Shown here piece after piece: positions 33,950-43,148 of a DNA stretch of 57,417 nt. Position 1 is the first letter of the stretch, and every line of letters begins with the position of its first letter. The notes beneath the pieces were generated by a model. The model did no database searches. It saw only the letters and a list, made by a program, of their open reading frames with translations, and was not told where the DNA came from. The position numbers were made by a program, and so were the translations under genes. Source of the DNA: a virus; IMG/VR virus record IMGVR_UViG_3300029581_000016; one strand, given 5' to 3'.

Positions 33950-33988
33950 TCTGTGCCGCTTTTATTTTTATGACGGGGAGGTGAGAGA

Positions 33989-35266
33989 ATGGCAGAAGTT
34001 GACAGCTTGGAGATTGGGTTGCAAGCAAACGCCAAAAAAGCAAATGACAGCATTGAAACCCTTATCACTAAGCTTGGCATACTTGCATCGGCATTAGGGA
34101 GTGTCAACAGCTCACAGCTTGGTACATTGGCTATGAATGTCAATAATTTAGGCGCGTCCATGAAGTCGATAAACGATGTCGGCACAGCAAGCTTTACAAG
34201 GCTTGCAAAAAACATCACTAAAATAGCAAGTGTTGACAGTTCGGCACTTAATACGGTTGCAAGCTCACTTAATTCCACGGCGAGCGCATTTAATCAGTTT
34301 ACGGCGGTGTCTGAAAATGCGGCGCAGATTGGTGAAGTTGCCAAGAACATAGCAAAGCTTGGAAACAAGAGTGTACAGACCTCAATTACCAATATGCCGC
34401 AGTTGGCAACATCACTTACAAATTTACTCACAACGCTTGCAAGCGCACCGACAGTAAGCAATAACGTCATTCAGATGACCAACGTATTGGCGAATTTAGC
34501 AAGCCAAGGTTCGAGGGTAGGTTCTGCTTCACGGACAATTCAAAGAAGCCTAAATGGCGTTCACAGAAGCGCACAGACGGCAACTAAAAGCACATGGTCA
34601 CTAGCTAAGTCATTCGGTAAGTTTTACGCTTCATACTTCATGGTCGTTCGTGGCATTAAGGGCTTGTGGACTTCGATTGAAAGTACCACGGATTACATTG
34701 AGGCGTTCAACTACTATGCGGTTGCGTTTGGCAAAATCGGCTCCGAATGGGGCAAAGACTTTGAAAAGTACGGCTATGACAACGCTACGGATTATGCGAA
34801 TAGCTTTTCCGACAGGGTAAGCGCGTTGTTAGGCAAGCTTTCAGGACTTCAAGTTGATGTTGAGGACGGCTTGTTAACGGCAGACAGCACTAAGAACTTA
34901 GGCTTGAATATTCAGAAAGTTACGGAGTTCGCGTCACAGCTTGCCTCAGTGACTAACTCACTTGGACAAACAGGAGAGACAACTACAGCAATAGCAAAGT
35001 CAATGACAATGCTTGCCGGCGATATAAGCTCCCTTTTCAACAAAGGCTATACATCCGTAGCCACCAACATACAAAGTGGCTTAATCGGTCAATCAAGGGC
35101 ATTGTACAAGTATGGTATTGATATTACCAATGCCACATTGCAGACATACGCTTACAACTTAGGTGTTGAAAAATCCATAAGTGAAATGACGCAGATGGAA
35201 AAGCAGCAGTTAAGAGTACTTGCTATACTTGACCAGTCTAAGGTGTCATGGGGTGATTTAGCTAAT
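33989..35266 (+). CDS. tape measure protein, exon 1
   Basis: Alpha-helical, A/S/N/L-rich TMP-like sequence ending ...SWGDLAN. The remaining 16 codons before the stop look like intron read-through. Confidence 0.7.
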
Positions 35267-35605
35267 AAACGGAAGAAAGTTTATAAATTAACTTATCTTC
35301 CAAGTGTTGCATAAGAATAGAAATATCTTATGGCAATCGGGCAATATCGGTGAAAGCTAAAGTTTTCAACTATGCTAATACCGAGATAACTCAATAGATT
35401 GCGAGCAGGCTATTGAGTATCGTAACGAGTAGGAATTGAATAAATATAATATTCCCAAGAGTGTCCGACACTACTGTATATAGGGCAGTATGAGGTGGAA
35501 GTGGCTACCACCAAACCAAACGTAAAACGTGGGTGATAATGTACTCTGAACTTATAGGAAACTATAAGAAGTATAGGATAAAGAGCCTATACGATAACAT
35601 AATTG
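35267..35605 (+). ncRNA. candidate ORF-less group I-like intron
   Basis: In-frame excision restores GDLAN|TINSPSN. The exon ends in U and the intron ends in G. Contains many stable hairpins, including cttatag-GAAA-ctataag. Confidence 0.55.
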
Positions 35606-38600
35606 ACAATAAATTCCCCAAGTAACATGATTAGACAATTCAACACTAATATCAAAGAGACAGGCATGGTATTAGGGCAGATTTTTATACCTGTTCTTCA
35701 AAAGGTTATGCCTGTTGTTAATGGTACAACAATCGCAATTAAACGTATGCTTGTGAGCGTTGCAAGCCTTATGGGTGTCAAAATCGATTTTGACGCTTTC
35801 GGTCAGAATGGCTATAAGGACACCTCTGACGGATTAGAGGATATAGCAAATGGCTATGACAATGTGGCAGATGCGGCTAAAAACGCACAAAAGGGTGTTC
35901 GTGGATTTGACGAACTTGAAAATAGAACCACAGGAACAAGTAAAAGCGGTGCTTCCACTGGCACAGGTGACACAATCGACCTCACAGACGAGATTGTCAA
36001 GGCTACGGAAGAATATGAAAAGGTATGGAACGATGCTTTTGGCAAGATGGAGAATAAGGCTGAGGCATGGGCGGACAAGGTGCAAGGTTTTTTTGAGCGC
36101 ATGTTTAAACCGCTTAAAACATGGGGCAGTAAAGTTGACTGGAAAAAGCTCAAAAATGGCTTTAACGGCATTTTGGAATTTGCTAAGAAGTTTACAGTCG
36201 GTACAGGCACAGGCTTTTTAGATTTCATCGAGGGTTTATCCAATATTGGTGCGCCTGCTATCAATCTTTTAGGTGGTGCCGTAGAAATATTATTTAAAGC
36301 ACTTAATTTAGTTCCGGCTCCAGTGTGGCATACATTGGGTGGCGCTTTAGGTGGCGTCGCAACAGCTCTTCTTGCCTTTAAAGCTTATTCTGCTATTGCA
36401 AGCGGTATAAATACCGGCTTAGGTAAATTTGCAGATGCGATTTTGAAAATTTCAAGTGCAAAGCCGGTTAGCGTTGGCGAGGGTGTTGGTAAACTTGGTA
36501 CAGCGATAGCTTCATTGAGCACAGGCGGCTATGTAGTGCTTGCTGTTGGTGCATTGGCAGCGGTGGCAGGAGCTATTATATCTATTGAGCAAGCCTATAA
36601 GAACAGCATTGACGCATTCACGCAAACGAGTGTATTTGATGGTCAAGGCACACCAATAGGCGATATAGCACAACAGGTAATCGACCTTATCAATGCAACT
36701 GGAACATCAAGCGAAGATATGACTAACTTTGCGACAGAGCTTGACAGAGTAAGCACAAACTTACAGAGTGCAAGCGAAGAAGTCGAAAATCTTAAATTTA
36801 AGTTTGACAACTTGGATTTAAAGAACATATCTGATACGGATATAGAAGATATGCGTACAGCAGTCGGTGACCTTGCTTCTGCATTGCGTGATGATTTGCA
36901 TGTTAGTTCTGATATGGCATGGGACGCTTTGGCTAAGATGTCCGCAGATACAGCGACAAAGTTAGGGATTAGTGTGGGTGAAATGACAACCATATTGTCA
37001 GATTTCAATGCTAGATTTAACGACATTTACAGCGATATGGAATCGCAAGCTAATACGATTTTTGACAAAATGCTTAGCGGCGAAGCTACACAAGCAGATG
37101 TTGACTCACTTAACGGCTTACTTGACGACATGAACTATCTAAGCGGTGAAGCAATTAAGCGACAGGTCGATTTGCAAAACAGCTTTGACAGCATGACCAA
37201 TATTAACTTTCAAAGCTTAGAAGAAACCACCAAAGCTATATCTGATATAACCGAAGCAGGAAAAGCTAAGCTTGATGAAGTTGATGAATATTATCAAAGC
37301 CTTATAGGGCAAGCCGATGAATGGAAAGTATATACTCAACGTGCTTTGGAACGTGGTAAAATCACCTCGGAAGAAGCAGGGCAATACCTTGATTGGATTG
37401 ACAATCTTGCAGAAATATATAATGCTAACTGGACTGAGGAAAAAGACGACATTACCAATCAGATAAACACAACATTTGACTACATACAGTCACAGGTTGA
37501 AAAAGCAGGGGTTGAAGCTTTTCAAGAGGCGCAGACAAAAGACTGGGGATTTGCCGACTTGTTCAGAAATCCAATACAGGATGTTGCCAAGAGTGTTGAT
37601 AAGAATATGGTACAACCGACCATTACTGCAATCAATCAAGGCAAAGAGCAAATAGGCATTGAGATATCGAAAGACAACCATTTGTATCAAAGATGGCTTG
37701 ATAATGCTGCTGTATCCGAGAATGACGTAAGTGGTTGGGCTATGCAAAATGCAAATGCTATCGGTAACGCTATATTAGCAAATGCAGATATCACAACTAA
37801 GGCATTTGCGGACATGGCAGGATATGATGTAAGCGGTTATACGGACGCAATCAAAAAATATCAGCCTAATGTAAAAACGTCTCTGATAAACATGAATAAT
37901 AATGCGATAATGGGTTTGTCGAATGAAGCAAATACTAAAATGCAAAATGTAGGCAAATCGGTTGTTACAGGTTATATTGGCGGTGTAAATAGCAATTCTC
38001 AACAGCTCATTAAACCTGTAGCTGGGCTTGCCAACTTATCGCTTAGCACTTTTATGGAAGCTCAAGGCTCACAAGGCAATAAGCCATCATCGGGTTTTAG
38101 TGGAATTGGTAAAAATTCCATTTTAGGCTATATACAAGGTATTGATAGCCTCGAAAAAGTTTCAACAGATAAAGTGTCCAGCATGGCAGCTAAGTTGAGC
38201 ACTACTTTTGCAGACAAAGCAACTGTCAATATGCCAAGTATTGGCGTTCAAGTAATGACCGGGTTCCTTAATGGCTTGACCTCAATGGAGCAGTCAGTAT
38301 ACAGCAAGGCAGACGAGATAGCCAAGAACGTAGCAAAGACTATCCAATCCGCCCTTGACATTCACTCACCATCAAGGGTTATGTTTGAACTTGGTGCCTA
38401 CACCACAGAGGGCTTTAAAGAGGGCATGGAAAGCCTCTATAAGCCAACAGAGCTATCCATTAAGGATTTTGGCTTTGGCATGGTTGAGGCGGTACACCCA
38501 CAGCAGTTGTACAGTGGTTATGCCGATTACACGCCGAGCGTAAGCACATCGACAAGTACCACTACACAGAACTATTACAATACAAGTTCGAGTGTGGACA

Positions 38601-38758
38601 ATGCCGAGACAAACGCACTACTGAGAGAGCAGAACGAGTTATTGCAACGCATACTTGCCAAGGAATACGGCATAAGCAAAAGCGATATAGGCAAAGCTTC
38701 AAGAGAGTATGCAAGAGACTTTTTTAAGCGGACAGGGCGTGACGCTTACACATTTTAA
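35606..38758 (+). CDS. tape measure protein, exon 2
   Basis: The 1051-aa ORF lacks its own ATG and RBS. It opens TINSPSNMIRQF and has TM-like Gly/Ala helices in the middle, typical of TMPs. Confidence 0.75.
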   Translation, partial: TINSPSNMIRQFNTNIKETGMVLGQIFIPVLQKVMPVVNGTTIAIKRMLVSVASLMGVKIDFDAFGQNGYKDTSDGLEDIANGYDNVADAAKNAQKGVRGFDELENRTTGTSKSGASTGTGDTIDLTDEIVKATEEYEKVWNDAFGKMENKAEAWADKVQGFFERMFKPLKTWGSKVDWKKLKNGFNGILEFAKKFTVGTGTGFLDFIEGLSNIGAPAINLLGGAVEILFKALNLVPAPVWHTLGGALGGVATALLAFKAYSAIASGINTGLGKFADAILKISSAKPVSVGEGVGKLGTAIASLSTGGYVVLAVGALAAVAGAIISIEQAYKNSIDAFTQTSVFDGQGTPIGDIAQQVIDLINATGTSSEDMTNFATELDRVSTNLQSASEEVENLKFKFDNLDLKNISDTDIEDMRTAVGDLASALRDDLHVSSDMAWDALAKMSADTATKLGISVGEMTTILSDFNARFNDIYSDMESQANTIFDKMLSGEATQADVDSLNGLLDDMNYLSGEAIKRQVDLQNSFDSMTNINFQSLEETTKAISDITEAGKAKLDEVDEYYQSLIGQADEWKVYTQRALERGKITSEEAGQYLDWIDNLAEIYNANWTEEKDDITNQINTTFDYIQSQVEKAGVEAFQEAQTKDWGFADLFRNPIQDVAKSVDKNMVQPTITAINQGKEQIGIEISKDNHLYQRWLDNAAVSENDVSGWAMQNANAIGNAILANADITTKAFADMAGYDVSGYTDAIKKYQPNVKTSLINMNNNAIMGLSNEANTKMQNVGKSVVTGYIGGVNSNSQQLIKPVAGLANLSLSTFMEAQGSQGNKPSSGFSGIGKNSILGYIQGIDSLEKVSTDKVSSMAAKLSTTFADKATVNMPSIGVQVMTGFLNGLTSMEQSVYSKADEIAKNVAKTIQSALDIHSPSRVMFELGAYTTEGFKEGMESLYKPTELSIKDFGFGMVEAVHPQQLYSGYADYTPSVSTSTSTTTQNYYNTSSSVDNAETNALLREQNELLQRILAKEYGISKSDIGKASREYARDFFKRTGRDAYTF

Positions 38759-38772
38759 AATTGCGTAACTCA

Positions 38773-38969
38773 TTGAAAATTATGCAATTATAATGTATAA
38801 TGAAGTCACAATTTAATTTGTAACATTATAACGAAAGCATTAAAGAATACCAGTCGGCAGGCTGGCGGCAGAGTTGGTGTTACGAACAGTAAGAGGATGC
38901 AGGCAGAGTGAGCTTGAAGTAATTCCCTCAGCAGATACATTGTAGAAGTGTACCTGTTGAGGGTTTTTT
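38773..38969 (+). promoter_or_regulatory. promoter, ~160-nt leader and intrinsic terminator upstream of rha (attenuator or riboswitch candidate)
   Basis: TTGAAA (38773-38778), 17-nt spacer, TG-extended TATAAT (38796-38801). The 10-bp stem ccctcagcag/ctgttgaggg (38925-38963) is followed by TTTTTT. Confidence 0.6.
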
Positions 38970-39001
38970 ATTACAAATCATCAACAGAAAGGAATGATAT
39001 T

Positions 39002-39658
39002 ATGTTAGTAGAAACAAGAAAAATCGCCAAGAACAAGGAAACAATAGTTGTTAGCAGTCTCGATGTGGCAGAGACATTTGAGAAAGAACACAAGCATGTT
39101 CTTGAAGACATCAGAAAAATTTTTGAGACTTTGAGTACAGCCGAGATTTCGGCTCTATTCTATGAAAGTGAATACACAGCAAGCAACGGCAAGAAAAATC
39201 CAATGTACCTTATGAACCGAGACGGCTTTACACTTTTGGTAATGGGGTATACAGGTGAAAAGGCTATGAAGTTTAAGCTGGCTTACATCAATCAGTTTAA
39301 TGCGATGGAACAGCTTCTTACAGGAAAACTGATTGAGCGCGAAAAGGGCATTGCAGTAAGGCAGTCACTTACTAAGGCTATCCAGCAGTCAAATGAGAAT
39401 GAGCGTATGCATGGACACGCTTATTCTACATATACCGACATTATTTACAAAGTGATATTCGGCAAAACAGCAAAGCAGTTAAGGGAAGAATACGGCATTG
39501 ACAAAAAGGCTAATTTAAGAGACTGTTTTACAGCTGAGGAGCTTGCGAAAGTTCAGTCCATAGAAATGATTGTCAGCGGTCTTGTAAACTGCGGTTGGGG
39601 TTATGACGATATAAAAAGTTTTATTACTAATCCGACGAAAAAATTACTTGTCGCATAA
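39002..39658 (+). CDS. Rha-family phage regulatory protein
   Basis: VVSSLDVAETFEKEHKHVLEDIRKI and ...LMNRDGFTLLVMGYTGEKAMKFK... are typical Rha motifs. Confidence 0.75.
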   Translation: MLVETRKIAKNKETIVVSSLDVAETFEKEHKHVLEDIRKIFETLSTAEISALFYESEYTASNGKKNPMYLMNRDGFTLLVMGYTGEKAMKFKLAYINQFNAMEQLLTGKLIEREKGIAVRQSLTKAIQQSNENERMHGHAYSTYTDIIYKVIFGKTAKQLREEYGIDKKANLRDCFTAEELAKVQSIEMIVSGLVNCGWGYDDIKSFITNPTKKLLVA

Positions 39659-39721
39659 GTTGACATACCTCTCATATCGTGTAATAATGAGGTCACTACA
39701 TTATATGGGAGGTATTGTTAT

Positions 39722-39970
39722 ATGGAAGAAAAAACCACTAAAACCGACAATCAAAGCAAAAACAGTGAGGATATCAAAATAAATGTAATATCCATACTGC
39801 TTGGTTTAGCTTTTTTGTTAGGTGTATTTTTGGCTTTAACTGGTAGATTTATGATTTTATTGTGGATAATAGGCATTTTTTTAAGCTTATTTTGCTTATT
39901 TTTGGGTATAAGACTTTGCTTTGATGTCCACGCAATCAGAAAACACCTTGACAGCAAGGAGAGCAGATAA
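39722..39970 (+). CDS. small membrane protein (two TM helices)
   Basis: ISILLGLAFLLGVFLALTG and LLWIIGIFLSLFCLFLGI. Confidence 0.5.
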   Translation: MEEKTTKTDNQSKNSEDIKINVISILLGLAFLLGVFLALTGRFMILLWIIGIFLSLFCLFLGIRLCFDVHAIRKHLDSKESR

Positions 39971-39971
39971 T

Positions 39972-40922
39972 ATGAGAAGATTAAAAATCGGAGCGATTAT
40001 TTTATCTGCCGCATTGATGGTTTGTGGTTGCAATAGTCCACAGGGCAATGCGGAGACAAATACACCGACAAAAACCACAATTGAGAAAATTCCAGAAACA
40101 ACTACTATTGCAGAAACAGCAACCGAAGTTGAGCTGTCTGATAGCCGTAAAGGACAATATGATGTTACTGGTGGAAATGTGGAATATACTGCTTTGACTA
40201 GTGGCATGAAATCACAATATATTATAAATGCTACGGCTGATAATTCTGACATGGCAACTATAATGTATTTTGTATTTGCTGGAATAATCAATGATGTTGA
40301 TAGTGAATATATTGATTTTACTTTAACAATAAAATGTTCAGATGGCAGTATTGTTTACTCAAAAATAGGCGGTAAAACAGTTGTAGGCAGCACTGATAGA
40401 TATGGTAATATATTGACAACACTTCCTAAATGGTGTGATTTGGGAATTGATGTTGAAATTGAAGAAAATAAAATGTGTTTTTACGATACATTTAACAGTT
40501 TTTCTCAATTTTTATTTGATGCTTTTGGGGTAGAATACAAGCCTATAACACCTGATAATGCAAATGAAGCCGACAATATAGTTTATGAAGATAGTTACAT
40601 AAGGGTGGAATACAACGGTGTTGAAAAAACGAGATATAGTGATGGTAGCTATGATATAATCGTCACAGTAGAGAACTTGACAGACCAAAGTATGACAGTG
40701 CAAGCAAGAGAAATGTCTATAAATGGTTACATGGTTGACCCAATTTATTCTTGTGACATTGCGGCTGGAAAGAAATCTAAGGAGGGAATGAGGATAAGTT
40801 CCGACAGCGCAAAGGATTGTCCAATATCTGATATTGAAAATATTGAGACAAGATTTATTTGTTATGGTTCTGGATTTAATTCGCTAGAAAAGACAGAACC
40901 TATTGTGTTATATCAGAAATAA
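39972..40922 (+). CDS. lipoprotein (possible superinfection-exclusion or surface moron)
   Basis: Signal peptide MRRLKIGAIILSAALMVCGC with a lipobox-like VCGC. Followed by a hairpin plus T-run at 40929-40950. Confidence 0.6.
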   Translation: MRRLKIGAIILSAALMVCGCNSPQGNAETNTPTKTTIEKIPETTTIAETATEVELSDSRKGQYDVTGGNVEYTALTSGMKSQYIINATADNSDMATIMYFVFAGIINDVDSEYIDFTLTIKCSDGSIVYSKIGGKTVVGSTDRYGNILTTLPKWCDLGIDVEIEENKMCFYDTFNSFSQFLFDAFGVEYKPITPDNANEADNIVYEDSYIRVEYNGVEKTRYSDGSYDIIVTVENLTDQSMTVQAREMSINGYMVDPIYSCDIAAGKKSKEGMRISSDSAKDCPISDIENIETRFICYGSGFNSLEKTEPIVLYQK

Positions 40923-40976
40923 GCAGAAGGGAGCTGAGAAGCTCCTTTTTGTTTGCAAAAAAATTAAAAATAACTC

Positions 40977-41030
40977 TTGACAAAGTGTAGCAACAAATGT
41001 ATTATAAAAGCACAACAAAATGTTGCTACA
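40977..41030 (+). promoter_or_regulatory. promoter with flanking 10-bp inverted repeat (operator)
   Basis: TTGACA 40977-40982, 17-nt spacer, TG-extended TATTAT 41000-41005. Inverted repeat tgtagcaaca (40986-40995) / tgttgctaca (41021-41030). Confidence 0.65.
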
Positions 41031-41053
41031 AAGTAAAAAGGAGGATAATAGGT

Positions 41054-41233
41054 GTGTCACCTAAAATAGGGCAAAAAATCAAAGACAATCCCAAAGACTT
41101 TATGTTGAGGACAAGGCTTGATGACGAAACCGTTAAGAAGTTGGATTATTCGGCAGAAAAACTCAATGTAAGCCGTTCAGAGATTGTCAGACGTGGTATC
41201 GAAGATGAATACCAAAAGGCAAAAAAGAAGTAA
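41054..41233 (+). CDS. ribbon-helix-helix (CopG-like) regulator, 59 aa
   Basis: GTG start 9 nt after aaaggagg. Sequence LRTRLDDETVKKLDYSAEKLNVSRSEIVRRGIE. Confidence 0.6.
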   Translation: MSPKIGQKIKDNPKDFMLRTRLDDETVKKLDYSAEKLNVSRSEIVRRGIEDEYQKAKKK

Positions 41234-41357
41234 TCGCAAGATTTGGCGGTCACACGATTACTCCTAAATGTACAATCCGCAAAGGAATTGATAAATCTAT
41301 ACTATCATTCCTTTTGCGGAAAATCAAGGTTTTTTTGGAAAGGAATGGTATGATATA

Positions 41358-41480
41358 ATGAAAGAGCAGATTATCAAGTCAATCATCAGTAATTTAGAAC
41401 ACATCAACTTGCACTTCCTAAAGTGTGTACTGGCATACACAAATGTGTTAGCCGGGAACGAGAAGGGAGGCAATCAGTAA
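41358..41480 (+). CDS. tiny ORF (40 aa)
   Basis: ATG just after a tgatataat -10-like box. Short. Confidence 0.35.
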   Translation: MKEQIIKSIISNLEHINLHFLKCVLAYTNVLAGNEKGGNQ

Positions 41481-41593
41481 TGGAAGAAAACAGAGCAATA
41501 CTTCACAAGCTGATTGACAGCATAACAAGTGGCGGCACACTGGAATATCTTGCTACATTTGTAAGATTATTCTTAGAGAAGTGGGGTGAGTGA
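41480..41593 (+). CDS. tiny protein (37 aa), paralogue of 48401-48559
   Basis: Ends GGTLEYLATFVRLFLEKWGE, compared with AGTLEYLHTFIKLFLEKWG in the other copy. Confidence 0.5.
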   Translation: MEENRAILHKLIDSITSGGTLEYLATFVRLFLEKWGE

Positions 41594-41595
41594 TT

Positions 41596-42285
41596 ATGGC
41601 AAATGATTTAATTACCATTGAGGGAACGGCACTTGCAGTTAGGGAGTACAACGGTCAGAGAGTTGTCACATTCAAGGATATTGATACTGTGCATCAGAGA
41701 CCAAGCGGAACGGCGAGAAATACTTTCAACAGAAACAAAAGCAGATTTGAAGTAGGTAAGCATTATTTTATGCTCCAATTAGAAACAGAAAATTCTAATG
41801 TCCGTTTAACGGACATTAGAAATATCGTTGTACCAAGCAGAGGTATAACAGTATTGACAGAGCGGGGCTATCTGATGTTGGTAAAAGCCTTTACGGATGA
41901 TTTGTCTTGGAAAGTGCAGGACGAATTGATAAGCGGTTACTTCAAGGCTAAGGAGCTTGCGACAGCAGTTTCTACGGCTCTGATTGATGATGGTCTAAAG
42001 TACAACACAAGCGGAACGCCATTGCCAAAAACCAAAAGCTGGTATGACCGCAATGTTGAGAAAATAAACTGGATATGCTCAAGGCTTGGCTGGCAGCAGT
42101 CAACTGTTATCCATAAGTTGCTTGTAAGGATAGGGGCTGAATATGACCTCAACGAAGCAGACAGGATATATCAGCAGGAAACAGGACGCGAAAAGCGTTA
42201 TATGCTTGACCTTGTGGATTATTTCCCGGAGCTTGCAGACATGGCGACGAACTGGATTGACGAAATGCTGAATTGGATAAAATAA
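41596..42285 (+). CDS. ORF6N-domain antirepressor-like protein
   Basis: ALAVREYNGQRVVTFKDIDTVHQRPSGTARNTFNRNKSRFEVGKHYF is the ORF6N/KilA-N-like opening. Confidence 0.7.
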   Translation: MANDLITIEGTALAVREYNGQRVVTFKDIDTVHQRPSGTARNTFNRNKSRFEVGKHYFMLQLETENSNVRLTDIRNIVVPSRGITVLTERGYLMLVKAFTDDLSWKVQDELISGYFKAKELATAVSTALIDDGLKYNTSGTPLPKTKSWYDRNVEKINWICSRLGWQQSTVIHKLLVRIGAEYDLNEADRIYQQETGREKRYMLDLVDYFPELADMATNWIDEMLNWIK

Positions 42286-42436
42286 ACAGATTAGTAGTGC
42301 GGCGGCACCTCAGAAATGGGGTGCTGTTTTTTGTAAGCAATTTTTAATGGGACAAATTGTCCCTTTTAAGCATTGCAAAGGTATGTACGTTAAACGTACT
42401 TTTAGAATGTATTGTTTGATGAAAGGAGCATTAGTG

Positions 42437-42658
42437 ATGGAAAATTCAAGAATTGAAATCAAAACAGACGGAGCTTTTTCACAGATATTCATTGACGGCA
42501 AGAAACTCAATGGTGTAAGAAACTATAAGTTAGAACATGCGGCAGGCAAAGCGCCAACATTAACACTAGACCTCAACGCATTTGATGTATCAGTTGACGG
42601 ACAGATGTTGACTATGCAAAAAGGCGTAGGAGAGATTGAATTGAGTATAAAGGGGTAG
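42437..42658 (+). CDS. hypothetical protein (73 aa)
   Basis: ORF 42347-42658. The ATG at 42437 follows gaaaggag. Confidence 0.5.
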   Translation: MENSRIEIKTDGAFSQIFIDGKKLNGVRNYKLEHAAGKAPTLTLDLNAFDVSVDGQMLTMQKGVGEIELSIKG

Positions 42659-42678
42659 CTGATAACTACCCCACAGTT

Positions 42679-42879
42679 TTAGCCCGAAATGCTTTCAGGA
42701 GCATTTGAAGCAATAGGACATTGAGGTAAATTACAATCATTGCCACAGCTAGTATAATCGCAACTTGCAATACCTTTGGCATACTCAAAGCGTTCAGTTG
42801 TTGAAGCGTTGATGTAATTAACTCTAATCGAATAGTCCTTGTTTTGGGTTGGGCAAAAACCATATACTCTTTTGTACAT
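42679..42879 (-). CDS. small Cys-rich protein (66 aa)
   Basis: The minus-strand ATG at 42879 follows ggaggtg. Sequence ..FCPTQ..CDYTSCGNDCNLPQC. Confidence 0.55.
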   Translation of the reverse strand: MYKRVYGFCPTQNKDYSIRVNYINASTTERFEYAKGIASCDYTSCGNDCNLPQCPIASNAPESISG

Positions 42880-42949
42880 AATACACCTCCTTCCAAGGAA
42901 GATTGTAGCACACAAAAGGCTTAAAATCTACTTTTACAATTTACTATAC

Positions 42950-43019
42950 TAAAATCTGTATACAAAATGTAAACAAAACGTAGCCTAGATAAGTATAGAT
43001 ATAGATAAGAGTAGATAAG
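42950..43019 (+). repeat. second copy of the 40-bp block plus TAGATAAG array
   Basis: 42950-42989 is identical to 20046-20085. tagataag occurs at 42986, 43002 and 43012, and tagata at 42996. Confidence 0.9.
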
Positions 43020-43088
43020 ATTAATAAGAGTATATATATAATAATAAAAAGTAAATAAAGAAATACAGTATATTATTAATAATAATAG

Positions 43089-43116
43089 GGCAGTCCACAA
43101 GGGCTGTCTTTTTTAT
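43089..43116 (+). terminator. intrinsic terminator-like hairpin
   Basis: Stem ggcagtcc/gggctgtc (8 bp with two G:U pairs) followed by tttttt. Confidence 0.55.
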
Positions 43117-43148
43117 TAGATAAATTAGACACATGGAGGGATAAGACT

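Noticed and set aside
33670-34278. 202-aa minus-strand ORF antisense to the chaperone and tape measure genes. Similar long antisense ORFs lie at 10497-11123, 18944-19576, 35854-36264, 52503-52955 and 55107-55559.
   Set aside because: These are shadow ORFs opposite well-supported plus-strand genes. They have S/L/A/C-rich low-complexity translations, no RBS and no promoter.
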